Virus record (IMG/VR): IMGVR_UViG_3300027973_000050 | Reading direction: 5' to 3' (one strand) | Origin: an uncultured virus (IMG/VR IMGVR_UViG_3300027973_000050) | Taxonomy: Duplodnaviria; Heunggongvirae; Uroviricota; Caudoviricetes | DNA length: 64,000 nucleotides | Position numbers and translations under genes: made by a program | The notes under the pieces: generated by a model | Seen by the model: only the letters and a program-made list of their open reading frames with translations | The model's database searches: none | Told to the model about the DNA's origin: nothing | Shown: positions 51,988 through 62,308 of the stretch, piece after piece | Layout of the letters: each line of letters opens with the position of its first letter | Numbering within the stretch: position 1 is the first letter of the stretch

Positions 51988-52428
51988 TTAACCGTTTAAC
52001 TGTTTGCCTATGATGTGTTTGCCGTGAACTCTGACCTGAATATGCCCGTTGTAGTAATCGTTACTTTCTAATACACGCCTTGAAAATTGTTCTCTTGCCT
52101 CAATATAACTACATTCACTTTTGGTTTTACAAAAGTAAAGTATGTCGCGCCTAAAATTTTCTTTGCCTAATGTTAATACGTCTTTGTTGAGTTCGTCGTT
52201 GGAGCCATAATATTCTTGCCAGTCACTTTCTATTTTGCCTCGAATCTTTTTTCTTTTCTTTGTGCCGTTTTTCAGCTTAACAACCTTATAGGTGGTTTTG
52301 GCGAACTTGGCAAGTTTTTTGCCTATGTATTTTTTATCTGTGGTTAAATTTGTTATGATGTAGACAAAGCCTATATAATCTCCTGAGATTTCTGTGACTA
52401 GTTGATCTTGATAATACCATGACATCAA
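51988..52428 (-). CDS. Stand-alone GIY-YIG nuclease domain protein (Seg-like catalytic domain only)
   Basis: GFVYIITNLTTDKKYIGKK, YYGS, ENF.R.IL, conserved E, YYN. Confidence 0.8.
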   Translation of the reverse strand: MMSWYYQDQLVTEISGDYIGFVYIITNLTTDKKYIGKKLAKFAKTTYKVVKLKNGTKKRKKIRGKIESDWQEYYGSNDELNKDVLTLGKENFRRDILYFCKTKSECSYIEAREQFSRRVLESNDYYNGHIQVRVHGKHIIGKQLNG

Positions 52429-52683
52429 CTATATAGCGTCTTTCTCTGCCTGTTCCTGTGCCTTTTGAAGTTGTTTTTGTGCCTTTTCTTTTTCTATTGC
52501 TCTGCGCCATACTTGAATTTCCTGCCTTCGCATGATGGCGTAATGACGTATTTCACTGAGCCAATGCCTAGTGTCCATGCCTGCTCTACGTGTGCCTTTG
52601 GCCAACCATGCTTGATTGGCTTTGAAATATTCTCTAAAAGCTTCCATTAATTTGTCATGCAATTCTTCATCTCTTGGAATCAT
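52429..52683 (-). CDS. Small helical basic protein, histone H1-like Hc1-type
   Basis: KGTRRAGMDTRHWLSEI..MRRQEIQ resembles the G(N/T)KAAGTRARK.L.E motif. Confidence 0.5.
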   Translation of the reverse strand: MIPRDEELHDKLMEAFREYFKANQAWLAKGTRRAGMDTRHWLSEIRHYAIMRRQEIQVWRRAIEKEKAQKQLQKAQEQAEKDAI

Positions 52684-54458
52684 TCAACTATCTCCAAATC
52701 ATTGGCATAGCTAGTATAGCCATTTTCTTTGATGACCTTCAACACATTGTTTACACGGCCAATCAATTCATCCTTATGACTGATCAAGTAGATATTTTTG
52801 TTACGTTCACGTGCCATCTTTTTGAGTACAGCCAACGCACCCTCTACTCCACTAGCATCTAATCCGTTGTCAATAAGTTCGTCAATGAACAATAAATTAA
52901 TATTGTCATATAAACTTTCCCACACATCACGGAAACTCCAGCTTAGACCTAAGATTAATCTATTACGTTCGCCACGTGACAAGTTGTCAAAGTCCAAGTC
53001 TTGACCCAACTGTGTAATTTCCACTGTGAGATCATTTTGAAACCTAACCACATGTGGCAGTCCCATCTTGTCTAAGTAGTAGGTCAATCTATTATTGAGA
53101 TAGGCCAAGTTTTGATCAATAATTTTCTTACGAATAAAACTGTCCTTGCTGGTCAATAATTTAAGTAAAAATTCCTGATGTTCTTTTAGTTTGTTTAGTT
53201 GGTTAACACGATCCCAACTAACTTCCTGTATGGCTGTATTGCGTAATTCGTCAATCTGTTCTTGATAAGGGTCTACTTCATCACTGCGTTTGACTAATGC
53301 TTCTTCCAAACTGGTCAAATTGTTTTGATGTTTCAATGCCTGTTCTACGGTGTCGTAAAATGTTTCAGGTCGTCCGTTTATATCACCGATGTCTTTGATT
53401 TCTTTTTGAATCTTTTTCAAACTGGCTGAAGTTTTTTTATAATATTCTTTAGCCTCATTGAAGTTTTCCAAGGCAGTCTCAGTCATTTCACCATGTTTAT
53501 GATCCAATAACTGTTGTTGACAAGAAGGGCAAGATTTGTCAGCAAGTTGTTCCACTTCTTTCTTGTACTTGTTCACGGACTTTTCAGCCTGACCAACAGC
53601 AGTTTCTAATGTGGCTTTTTCCTTGTTGAGACTACGAATCTTAGCCGACAACTCGTCATAACTTTTTAGTAGAGCATGTTGAGCCAGTTCATGTTCGATG
53701 TCAATGTTTTGTAGTTCTAAAATCTTTTCAGCAACTTTTTCACAATCATCTTTCTGTTGTTTACACCATGCTCGTTGCTTGGTCGTTAGCCCTGTAATGC
53801 TTTGTTCAATACGATCATTACTCTTTTTAGTAGCTTCAATGTTAGCTGACTCTTGATTAATTTCGTCTTTGGTTAGTCTAACTTGTTCCTTTAAGCTTTC
53901 ACTTTTTTCACTGAGTAAAGTAACACCAAGTAATTGTTCAATGATCATTCGTTGATCAGCAGATCGCATACTGAGAAATGGTTCAGTATAGGTATTAAGT
54001 GCCACAATATGTTTGAACATGTCGTGACTCATACCTAGAAGTGTGTCTAAATCACGTTGAGTTTCTCTGACATCACCTTGACTTTCGTCAACATTGTCAG
54101 TGTCTTGCTCCTCTCCATTGATAAAAAATCTAAAAATATTAGGTCTACGACCACGTTCTATTTTATAGCTTACACCGTTCTTTTCAAAATTCAGTGTGAC
54201 CAACATGTTCTTATTATTGGTCTTGTTGACTAGGTTATCTTTCTTAATATTAGTAAGAGCCTGACCAAATAAGGCATAACTTAAGGCATTGACAATGGTG
54301 GTTTTGCCTGTGCCATTTCGACTACCACTGTCATCGCCACCTTGATCCAGATTTTCACCTAGAACCAATGTCAGTTGTTCTTTACAAAAATCCACAGCCT
54401 GAGTTTGATTACCCACGCTCATGAAATTCTTAACAGTTAAATCTTTGATACGAATCAT
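52680..54458 (-). CDS. gp46: Recombination endonuclease ATPase subunit (gp46/SbcC/Rad50)
   Basis: KNFMSVGN, Walker A NGTGKTT, CPSC hook, LSRGE signature, LLFIDE, ISH. Confidence 0.95.
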   Translation of the reverse strand: MIRIKDLTVKNFMSVGNQTQAVDFCKEQLTLVLGENLDQGGDDSGSRNGTGKTTIVNALSYALFGQALTNIKKDNLVNKTNNKNMLVTLNFEKNGVSYKIERGRRPNIFRFFINGEEQDTDNVDESQGDVRETQRDLDTLLGMSHDMFKHIVALNTYTEPFLSMRSADQRMIIEQLLGVTLLSEKSESLKEQVRLTKDEINQESANIEATKKSNDRIEQSITGLTTKQRAWCKQQKDDCEKVAEKILELQNIDIEHELAQHALLKSYDELSAKIRSLNKEKATLETAVGQAEKSVNKYKKEVEQLADKSCPSCQQQLLDHKHGEMTETALENFNEAKEYYKKTSASLKKIQKEIKDIGDINGRPETFYDTVEQALKHQNNLTSLEEALVKRSDEVDPYQEQIDELRNTAIQEVSWDRVNQLNKLKEHQEFLLKLLTSKDSFIRKKIIDQNLAYLNNRLTYYLDKMGLPHVVRFQNDLTVEITQLGQDLDFDNLSRGERNRLILGLSWSFRDVWESLYDNINLLFIDELIDNGLDASGVEGALAVLKKMARERNKNIYLISHKDELIGRVNNVLKVIKENGYTSYANDLEIVE

Positions 54459-55468
54459 AAGTTGTTATAGATATCTAGTAAAAGGTTTACGTCGTAAGTG
54501 TCGCTTTCTACACTGATTAATTGATTCATCACAATCTGATCCACACTTTCAAATGCCTTAATATTAGTGTCGCTGGTCAATTCTACTTCACGCTTTTCTG
54601 GAATCAAGGTCAATTCTCTGATGTCATAATCCGCTAAGTAAGTTTCTTTGATAAAACTGGCTTCTTCATAGCTGATGTCAATGTCCAATGTGACTCTAAG
54701 ATGTTGTTTGGGTTTGATAATCTTGGCGCCGTTGTCAATCAGTTCGCTAAGTTTGACAGTTCTAAATGTGGGTTGATTGGGCCAACTATAATATTCTGGC
54801 TGCCCTCCCCATTCTAGTACGCACATACCACGATCATCATCCCAAGCATCTGCATAATTGTGTGGGAATGCATTGCCAATATAGATCATGTTCTTTTGTT
54901 GTTGACGTTTGTGGAAGTGTCCACTAAAGCCAAGTTCATAATTTTGAAAGTGTTCTAGTTTAATCTCACCGTGATCTGGCATCTGTACCATAGCGTTCAT
55001 AAAAAAGCTAGGTAATTCAAAGTGACCAAAGATATATTTGCCACCCTTTTTGCCTATGCTTTTCCATTCATCACCTACTAGCCAAGGACACATGGTCACA
55101 TTGCCCACGGTCATGGGTTTGTGTACTATGGTAATTCCTGGAATATACTTGCCAAATTCTACGCTGTGAATATCACGTTTGTCTTTGTAGTATAAGTCAT
55201 GATTGCCAGGAAAAAAGTAAAATTGATCAAATGCCTGTCCTAGTTTTTCCAAGGACCTAAGACTATAATCCATGGTAGTAATATTAAGGCTATTGCGATT
55301 ATGATGCCAATCGCCCATAAAAATTCCAACATCACAGTCTAGTTTCTTTGCTTTGGTAATGTACCAATCTACAAAATCTTCACAGTCTTGATTATGTGTG
55401 GCGCTGTTACTTTTAAGTCCAAAGTGTATGTCTGTGAATAGGGCCACACGTTTAAAAAGATTTGTCAT
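54455..55468 (-). CDS. gp47: Recombination endonuclease nuclease subunit (gp47/SbcD/Mre11)
   Basis: DIHFG, GDWHH, GNHD, GHFE and SGHFH metallophosphoesterase motifs. Confidence 0.95.
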   Translation of the reverse strand: MTNLFKRVALFTDIHFGLKSNSATHNQDCEDFVDWYITKAKKLDCDVGIFMGDWHHNRNSLNITTMDYSLRSLEKLGQAFDQFYFFPGNHDLYYKDKRDIHSVEFGKYIPGITIVHKPMTVGNVTMCPWLVGDEWKSIGKKGGKYIFGHFELPSFFMNAMVQMPDHGEIKLEHFQNYELGFSGHFHKRQQQKNMIYIGNAFPHNYADAWDDDRGMCVLEWGGQPEYYSWPNQPTFRTVKLSELIDNGAKIIKPKQHLRVTLDIDISYEEASFIKETYLADYDIRELTLIPEKREVELTSDTNIKAFESVDQIVMNQLISVESDTYDVNLLLDIYNNL

Positions 55469-56286
55469 TCTTCCTCACGTTCATGTCTACGTAGTCCTGC
55501 TGAATATTCAGCATTACTGGTTCTAGTATAACTGGGAGCCATGTCATTCATTTCTAAAATATCGTCTCGAATATTTTGATTTTTCTTTTCAATGTTAATA
55601 ATGCGTACAAAACTGTTGGTCACTGCGGCGGTAAAGTATGCAAAGGGATTATTACTTTTTGACTCATTAAATTGCAAGCCAATTTGAGTTAATTGCAGTA
55701 TGGCCTGTGCTCGCATTTCATCATTATAGGTATATCCTCTGACATTGCCTCGGGTAGCATAGCGTTCACACAGTTTGATATACATACGGGCAAGGTTATT
55801 TGAAATCTGTCCGTGATCTTTACTGAATCGACCTTTGTCTAATGGGCCTTTCCAATGACTTTTGCCCACACAAATTAGTTCGTCATTTTCGTCAAACTTC
55901 CAATGTTGGAATGGAGGAAAGTTTACTTTGTCTCTGCCGTCAGCTTCAGTTTTTTGACTTTTCTTACGTGTTTTATTTACGGGAATATGTTCATAAGTCA
56001 TAATCCTAAACACCAAATCAATCTTTGGAATTTTTTTATAATCAATTTCGCAGTCGGCCATTTTGATTTTTTCGCCTGAGGCTTTTCTTCTTGAGTAGTT
56101 TTCGTCACCAATACGTTTGGCACGATTGCGTTTGGCTTCGGCTGTGGTTCTAATATTAATTTTCTCCAAGCTGGGAAGAATAATATCATACTGATGATAT
56201 TCTGGACTAGCGTATACGCTATAGGAATTTTTACTTCTGTGAATTTCCTCTAAGAGATCACGATTATTGAGATAGTTTACGGTCAT
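55465..56286 (-). CDS. gp55: Late-transcription sigma factor (T4 gp55-like)
   Basis: YLNNRDLL, GYTYNDEM, F..SKSNNPFAYFT, F.R.I..EKK; upstream of gp47-gp46 as in T4-like phages. Confidence 0.85.
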   Translation of the reverse strand: MTVNYLNNRDLLEEIHRSKNSYSVYASPEYHQYDIILPSLEKINIRTTAEAKRNRAKRIGDENYSRRKASGEKIKMADCEIDYKKIPKIDLVFRIMTYEHIPVNKTRKKSQKTEADGRDKVNFPPFQHWKFDENDELICVGKSHWKGPLDKGRFSKDHGQISNNLARMYIKLCERYATRGNVRGYTYNDEMRAQAILQLTQIGLQFNESKSNNPFAYFTAAVTNSFVRIINIEKKNQNIRDDILEMNDMAPSYTRTSNAEYSAGLRRHEREEE

Positions 56287-56308
56287 CAGTTAGTCCTATG
56301 ATAGGTAT

Positions 56309-56337
56309 ATTATAATATACGTATATTATAAAGTCAA
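56309..56337 (-). promoter_or_regulatory. Sigma70-type promoter for the gp55-gp47-gp46 operon
   Basis: TTGACT (56337-56332), 17-bp spacer, TATAAT (56314-56309). Confidence 0.8.
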
Positions 56338-56344
56338 ATAAATA
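56338..56344 (+). promoter_or_regulatory. Late promoter ATAAATA for the baseplate operon
   Basis: 7/8 match to TATAAATA just upstream of the AAGGAG RBS. Confidence 0.65.
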
Positions 56345-56358
56345 TTAGCCAAGGAGCA

Positions 56359-57384
56359 GTGGTTATGTCTTTCGATCCAATCAGTAGTGCAAAAAGCGCA
56401 TTTGGTAATATAGCTGCCGGAGCTAACGCCATTTCTAATCTGGGATCTGCAATATCTTCAGGCAACCCTAGTAAAGTACTTAGCGCAATTCGCAGCGTCA
56501 ATCTTCCAAAAGGTGGCCAATCTGGTGGTTCTGCAAGTGCTAACGCTACATTTGTCACTGACACCAGTACAGATTGGAGAGCTAAACTGACTCTTCCTGG
56601 TATTGATAAAATAAATGAAGTTTTTAGGAAAGGACAAATATTGGATCCCATAAGGGAAGCCGGCGGGTTGATATTCCCATATACTCCTACAATTACTATT
56701 AGTCACAACGTCACTTATGGGGAGCAGGCTCTAACGCATCAAAATTATCAATTTATTGCCTATCAAAATAGCAAAGTCAGTGATATAACCATAAATGGAG
56801 ATTTCTATGTGCAAGATTGGAGTGAAGCTCAATATTGGATTTCTGCTGTACATTTTTTAAGAAGTGTTACTAAAATGTATGCTGGGGACAATGCTTATGT
56901 GGGTAATCCGCCTCCCATATTAAAATTCAGTGCATATGGCGATTATGTTTTTAAAAATGTACCAGTTGTAGTCAAAAGTTTCAATGTGACATTGCCCAAA
57001 GAGGTTGATTATATCAGTGTAGATATAATGAAATTAGGTCCTGGTAATCCAGAATATACTGGTGCAAAAGGATCATCTGGAGGCGGGTCAAAAACAGATA
57101 AAATCGGAGCAAATGCTAGATTATTATCTGGAGTAGCCAGTGCTGTCGGTGCCACAACTGTCGGGCAAGTACTAAATTTTCTATCTAATGGAGCCAAAGT
57201 GGCAAAAGGTGTTAGTGAAGGCGGCAAAACAGTAACTAAAGAACTGGCAGTTGCACCATCACATGTGCCCACACAAAGCCAATTTAGTGTGGTGGTCACG
57301 CCAGTATACAGTAGAACGCAAGTACGTCTATTTAATTTAGAAGAATTTGTCAAAGGCGGATATAAAGGACAAAGTTACCTATAA
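56359..57384 (+). CDS. Baseplate tail-tube initiator-like protein (gp48/gp54-like); start may be ATG 56365
   Basis: GLIFPYTPTI, HFLRSVTKM, GNPPPIL.FSAYG, VPVVVKSF.V.LP tube-fold motifs. Confidence 0.7.
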   Translation: MVMSFDPISSAKSAFGNIAAGANAISNLGSAISSGNPSKVLSAIRSVNLPKGGQSGGSASANATFVTDTSTDWRAKLTLPGIDKINEVFRKGQILDPIREAGGLIFPYTPTITISHNVTYGEQALTHQNYQFIAYQNSKVSDITINGDFYVQDWSEAQYWISAVHFLRSVTKMYAGDNAYVGNPPPILKFSAYGDYVFKNVPVVVKSFNVTLPKEVDYISVDIMKLGPGNPEYTGAKGSSGGGSKTDKIGANARLLSGVASAVGATTVGQVLNFLSNGAKVAKGVSEGGKTVTKELAVAPSHVPTQSQFSVVVTPVYSRTQVRLFNLEEFVKGGYKGQSYL

Positions 57385-57689
57385 TGAATGTAACAGCATA
57401 TAATTCAAATAGCCCTTGGTATAATACAGAAATAACCAGAGAGTATCTAGGCATATTAACTATTAGACCAGTTAGTGCTGAGCTTGATGATTATCTTTAT
57501 ACATTGGAGAGTCAATATGCCTATAGACCAGATCTATTAAGCTTTGACCTATATCAAACACCAAATCTTTGGTGGGTGTTTATGCAGCGTAATTTAGATG
57601 TTATTCAGGATCCCATATTTGATTTTGTTCCAGGAGTTCAATTTTACATACCCAAAGCCAATAGTTTATTTAAAGTTTTAGGAGGTTAA
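57384..57689 (+). CDS. Baseplate wedge protein (gp53-like, LysM-type)
   Basis: YRPDLLSFDLY.TPNLWWVF..RN...DP.FDF.PG..YIP. Confidence 0.8.
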   Translation: MNVTAYNSNSPWYNTEITREYLGILTIRPVSAELDDYLYTLESQYAYRPDLLSFDLYQTPNLWWVFMQRNLDVIQDPIFDFVPGVQFYIPKANSLFKVLGG

Positions 57690-57690
57690 T

Positions 57691-60099
57691 ATGGGATTTA
57701 GTTTGCCTAATATTGCCAGTGCCACTGATGCTGCCAAAAATTTTGTCACTAAAAAATTAGAAAACATTAATCTAGTTGGGAATGGGCTAGTTAAGAATGT
57801 TTCTGGTGCATTGGGTCAGTTACAAAATAAAGTTCCAGGGCTGTCGGGGTCTTCAGGAGCCACATCTAAACCTGTGCCTGGTAAAGTTGTTACTGAAATT
57901 GACAATAAAAAAAATATAGATATAAATGGCGAATTATTATCTGGCAGGGATTTGGCCTATATTGAAAGAAAACTCGGTGAACCATTCCCCAATGAACTTG
58001 GTGATTTTGATAGTTATAATTGCATTTTTACCTTAAGCGTTCTTAATGGTAATTCTATAAACTTTCCTGATGAAACTTATAGAAAAGATATTCTTGGACC
58101 TATCATAGTAAAAAGTGGTGGCACAGGAGATATAAAAGATCCAGATGCTATACAATTAAATAACTTTAAAAGCAAAGCAAATGAGTCTGGTAGATATGAT
58201 GCTTTTATAGACAATATAAAAATAAGTGGACTCATAGGATTCAATAAAGCCACAGGAAATACTAACTCTTCATCTATAACTTTTCAAATTACAGAACCTT
58301 ATAGTGTAGGATTATTCTTTCAAGCAGTCCAAGTTGCAGCATTTCAAGCTGGATATATGAATTGGTTACAAATGCCCATGCTTTTAAGTATAGAATTTAA
58401 AGGCCATCTAACAGCAAATCAACAAAATTTTAGAGCAAAATTATCTAGAAAGCATATTCCTCTCAAAATGAGTGCAATTGAAATGCGTGTCAGTGGGCAA
58501 GGCACTGTGTATGATTGCTCGGCAATACCATGGAATGAAGCAACATTTAGTATTGATAATAATAGAGTGTCAACTACTGTGGCCATAGAAGGTGGTACGG
58601 TACAGGAAATGTTACAAACTGGCACAGATGAAAACAGACTAAGTTTACAATATGTTCTTAATCAGAGACTTAAAGAGATTGCTGACAAGGCAGGAATTGA
58701 CTCAGATAGGATACTAATATTATTCCCTACGGATTTGCAAACAGGTAAAAATGACACCAATAGTGATAATTCAAGACTTCCAGGAGCAACCAAATCACCA
58801 TCATCAACAAATAAAGACACTGACAAACTTATTTTTGAAAAATTAGGTGTTGAATTGGATTATGATAACCTAATTCAACCAATAGCAAATCCTATTGGTC
58901 AAAGCCCAATGGGTTTTGAAAAGGATGTAAAAAGACTAGAGGCAATTTTTGGCAGAGAGGATGCTATCTATGATGAAAAAACTGGCACATGGACCAGAGG
59001 TGACATGCAAATTTCAAAAACTAAGGGCATAGCAAAATTTTCACAGGGAATAAGTGTTACTGATGCCATTAACGAAGTAATATTGGCCAGTGACTATGGT
59101 AGAAGAGCATTAGACAAGAACAATATTGATAAAGATCATAAAGTAACTTGGTGGAAAATTGAAACTCAATTTTATATATTATCAACATCTAAAAAATTAA
59201 AAGGCAATCAACGCAACCCCACATTGAGTGTTTTTAGAGTGATACCCTATAAAATTGATTATACCAACTTTGTTTCAGGAAGTCAAACAGCTAAAAAAGT
59301 TGAAGAAAAAAAGAAGAATGTTGTTAAAAAATACGAATATCTTTACACTGGAAAAAATATTGATATATTAGATTTTAGTATTGAATTTAAAACAAGTTTT
59401 TATCAAGCACTCAATGCTGACAGTGGTAAGAACAACGAATCAGTTCAACAAAATTTAGCAGAAGAAGAAAAAGAGCAAAGTGGAAAAGATGTTGGTGTTG
59501 AAACCAGTGGAGCCAATGTTACAGGAGCAGGTAATTCAGATGCCGATCAAACGAATTATACCCCTGGAAAAGCTCAAACTAAAGTTATTACAAAATATTC
59601 TGAAACATCAATGAACGCCAAAAGAGGAGGCGTCACTGCTGGTGAAGATGCCAGCACAATTGCTGCTAGACAATTCAACAAGGCCTTAAATGATGGTGGT
59701 GACATGATAAACCTTAATATGAAAATACTAGGTGATCCATTTTATATAGCTGACAGCGGCATAGGCAATTATACAGCAAAATCGACAAATATTCCTGAAA
59801 TGAATTCAGATGGAGCCTTAAACACTCAAGACGGCGAAGTATATGTGGTAGTTAATTTTAGAAATCCTATTGATCTAGATCCCGATAACGGATTATATGA
59901 TTTTGGTGAGAAGGGACGATTAGTTCCTGAGTTCAGTGGGCTATACAGGATATTTCAATTTGAAAGTATCTTTGAAAAAAATATTTTTACACAGCAATTA
60001 AAATTGGTTAGAATGATGAATCAAGATTTCAAACCTACAGAATCAACAGAAAAAGCTCCTGCAAAATCTGCATTTAGTCCTTCTAAAAAGGATGGTTAA
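57691..60099 (+). CDS. Baseplate hub-like protein (802 aa)
   Basis: Between gp53-like and gp5-like genes; ILGDP and FSGLYRI..FES.F..F.Q.L.L.R C-terminal hub motifs. Confidence 0.65.
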   Translation: MGFSLPNIASATDAAKNFVTKKLENINLVGNGLVKNVSGALGQLQNKVPGLSGSSGATSKPVPGKVVTEIDNKKNIDINGELLSGRDLAYIERKLGEPFPNELGDFDSYNCIFTLSVLNGNSINFPDETYRKDILGPIIVKSGGTGDIKDPDAIQLNNFKSKANESGRYDAFIDNIKISGLIGFNKATGNTNSSSITFQITEPYSVGLFFQAVQVAAFQAGYMNWLQMPMLLSIEFKGHLTANQQNFRAKLSRKHIPLKMSAIEMRVSGQGTVYDCSAIPWNEATFSIDNNRVSTTVAIEGGTVQEMLQTGTDENRLSLQYVLNQRLKEIADKAGIDSDRILILFPTDLQTGKNDTNSDNSRLPGATKSPSSTNKDTDKLIFEKLGVELDYDNLIQPIANPIGQSPMGFEKDVKRLEAIFGREDAIYDEKTGTWTRGDMQISKTKGIAKFSQGISVTDAINEVILASDYGRRALDKNNIDKDHKVTWWKIETQFYILSTSKKLKGNQRNPTLSVFRVIPYKIDYTNFVSGSQTAKKVEEKKKNVVKKYEYLYTGKNIDILDFSIEFKTSFYQALNADSGKNNESVQQNLAEEEKEQSGKDVGVETSGANVTGAGNSDADQTNYTPGKAQTKVITKYSETSMNAKRGGVTAGEDASTIAARQFNKALNDGGDMINLNMKILGDPFYIADSGIGNYTAKSTNIPEMNSDGALNTQDGEVYVVVNFRNPIDLDPDNGLYDFGEKGRLVPEFSGLYRIFQFESIFEKNIFTQQLKLVRMMNQDFKPTESTEKAPAKSAFSPSKKDG

Positions 60100-60102
60100 A
60101 AC

Positions 60103-61845
60103 ATGGCAGATGAAAAAAGAGTAGCCACAGGCACAGGTAGTAATAATCCAGGACCATATCTAGCTAAAATTGTTAGTTTTTTAGATCCTGCTTATATGGG
60201 CAATTTGCAAGTGCAGATTTTAACTGAGGTAGGTAGTGCTAAACAAAAAGAAGGCGAACTGCATCAAGTAAGATATATGAGTCCTTTCATGGGATATACT
60301 GAATCAGAATATGCTACATCAGAATTAGACTATAATAATTCACAAAAAAGTTATGGTTTATGGATGATTCCACCAGATGTGGGGTCTATTGTGATGGTCA
60401 TATTTGTAGAAGGTGACCCCAAAAAAGGGTATTGGATTGGTTGTGTGCATAACGCACAAAATCCTGGTGTGAATTTTATGACACCAGGATATGCTGCAAC
60501 AACCTACAATAATGAAACTGTTAAAAAACGATTGCCTGTTGCTGAATATAACTTAAAAGCAATAGACATGGTGCCAACAGATCTAAGCAAAACTAAAAAA
60601 GCTGTTCATCCATTTAAAGATATATTAAACAGACAGGGACTATTATTAGATGATATCAGAGGCATTACCAGTAGCAGTGCTAGAAGAGAATGGCCCAGTG
60701 CTGTATTTGGCATAAGCACTCCTGGACCTATAGACAAACAGGATGGAGCAAAAAAAGCTAAATCAGGTAAGATAGACAATCAAGCCACAACCTTTGTAAG
60801 TAGATTAGGTGGATCTAGTTTTGTAATGGATGACGGTGATGACAAATTTCTTAGAAAAAAGCCAGCAAGTGAAGCCCCTCCAGAGTATGTGTCAGTTGAA
60901 AATAAGGAAACAGGTGGCGATGTTACTATCCCCCATAATGAATTAATTAGGATAAAAACAAGAACTGGACATCAAATATTATTACACAATAGCGAAGACT
61001 TGATCTACATAGGCAATGCTCGTGGCACTACTTGGATAGAAATGTCCAGCAATGGCAAAATAGATATCTATGCAGAAGATAGTATCAGTGTGCATACCAA
61101 AAACGATTTAAATTTCTATGCTGATCGAGATATTAATATGGAGTGTGGTAGAAATTTTAATACCAAAGTTGGCGGTGAAATGCAGACTGAAGTAATTAAA
61201 GATCAAAATACTATAGTAGAAGGTAATCAATCCAATTGGGTTCAAGGTAATGTTAATACCACCATTGATGGTAATCATTTACATAAAAATGGTGGCAATT
61301 TTGATCTAAAAAGTGGCGGTAATAATAAATTAACTGCTGGAGGCAATTCAGAGCTTAACTCTGGAGGCAATAATGTAATTACTGCTGGCGGAGCTCTTGA
61401 TATTAAAAGTGGCGGCGCCAGTAAATGGACTGGCGGCGGCGCAACTAGTATTGGTGGAGCAAGTTTAGTGCTCAGTGCCAGCACAATCAATCTCAACGGT
61501 CCATCAGCACCCACAGCCGCCACCGCCGCTGAAGCTGCTGAAGCTGAACTGCCTAAAGTATTAAAAACGCATAGTGTGCCAGATGAAAAGGGATCAAAAT
61601 TATTTAATACTATCATGCGTCGTGTACCAACACACGAACCTTGGGCACATCATGAAAATTTAGATCCAGAACAATTTACTCCTGAAAAAACAGATAGAGA
61701 TATTGATGGAAGAAATGAAGAAAATAGTGAATCAATTTTATTAGTGGACAAAAATTTACCAGAATATTGGTCAGGCTCACCAGCTGACAAGCAAAAATAT
61801 ACCACCAGTACTGACACTTTTGCCAAAGTTAAAAAGGATAAATGA
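60103..61845 (+). CDS. Baseplate central spike (gp5/VgrG-like), no lysozyme domain
   Basis: N-terminal OB fold (DP..G.LQV, SYGLWMIPPDVGS.V.V.F.EGD...GYWIG), RTGHQI, Gly-rich beta-helix repeats. Confidence 0.8.
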   Translation: MADEKRVATGTGSNNPGPYLAKIVSFLDPAYMGNLQVQILTEVGSAKQKEGELHQVRYMSPFMGYTESEYATSELDYNNSQKSYGLWMIPPDVGSIVMVIFVEGDPKKGYWIGCVHNAQNPGVNFMTPGYAATTYNNETVKKRLPVAEYNLKAIDMVPTDLSKTKKAVHPFKDILNRQGLLLDDIRGITSSSARREWPSAVFGISTPGPIDKQDGAKKAKSGKIDNQATTFVSRLGGSSFVMDDGDDKFLRKKPASEAPPEYVSVENKETGGDVTIPHNELIRIKTRTGHQILLHNSEDLIYIGNARGTTWIEMSSNGKIDIYAEDSISVHTKNDLNFYADRDINMECGRNFNTKVGGEMQTEVIKDQNTIVEGNQSNWVQGNVNTTIDGNHLHKNGGNFDLKSGGNNKLTAGGNSELNSGGNNVITAGGALDIKSGGASKWTGGGATSIGGASLVLSASTINLNGPSAPTAATAAEAAEAELPKVLKTHSVPDEKGSKLFNTIMRRVPTHEPWAHHENLDPEQFTPEKTDRDIDGRNEENSESILLVDKNLPEYWSGSPADKQKYTTSTDTFAKVKKDK

Positions 61846-62288
61846 TTATGGCTATTCAACGTCTTTATGAAAAACTAGTAGTAAAAAGTAACACACCTAA
61901 ATTAGAACCGCCACTGCCTAGAACATATAGGGGATTTAGCACTGTAAGTGATGACAGCGAGTCATATGCTCTCTATGATTTGGCTCTAATTAAACAGGAT
62001 ATTATCAATCATTTTCATGTTAGACAGGGCGAGAGACTAATGAATCCTGAGTTTGGTACCATAATTTGGGATGTGATTTTTGAACCATTAACTGAAGATT
62101 TACAAGCACTGATAGCACAAAACGTACAGGACATTATTAATTATGAACCTAGAGTCATAGCCAATGACATAATTGTCACAGCTTATGAAAATGGCATTCA
62201 AATTGAATGTGACTTGACTTATTTGCCCTATAACATATCTGAATCATTGAGATTTAGATTTGATCAAGCTAATGGATTAATCGGTTAA
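61842..62288 (+). CDS. gp25: Baseplate wedge subunit (gp25-like)
   Basis: GERLMNPEFGTIIWDVIFEPL, YEPRV. Confidence 0.9.
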   Translation: MIMAIQRLYEKLVVKSNTPKLEPPLPRTYRGFSTVSDDSESYALYDLALIKQDIINHFHVRQGERLMNPEFGTIIWDVIFEPLTEDLQALIAQNVQDIINYEPRVIANDIIVTAYENGIQIECDLTYLPYNISESLRFRFDQANGLIG

Positions 62289-62308
62289 ACTAGCAGTTTA
62301 TTATCTAC

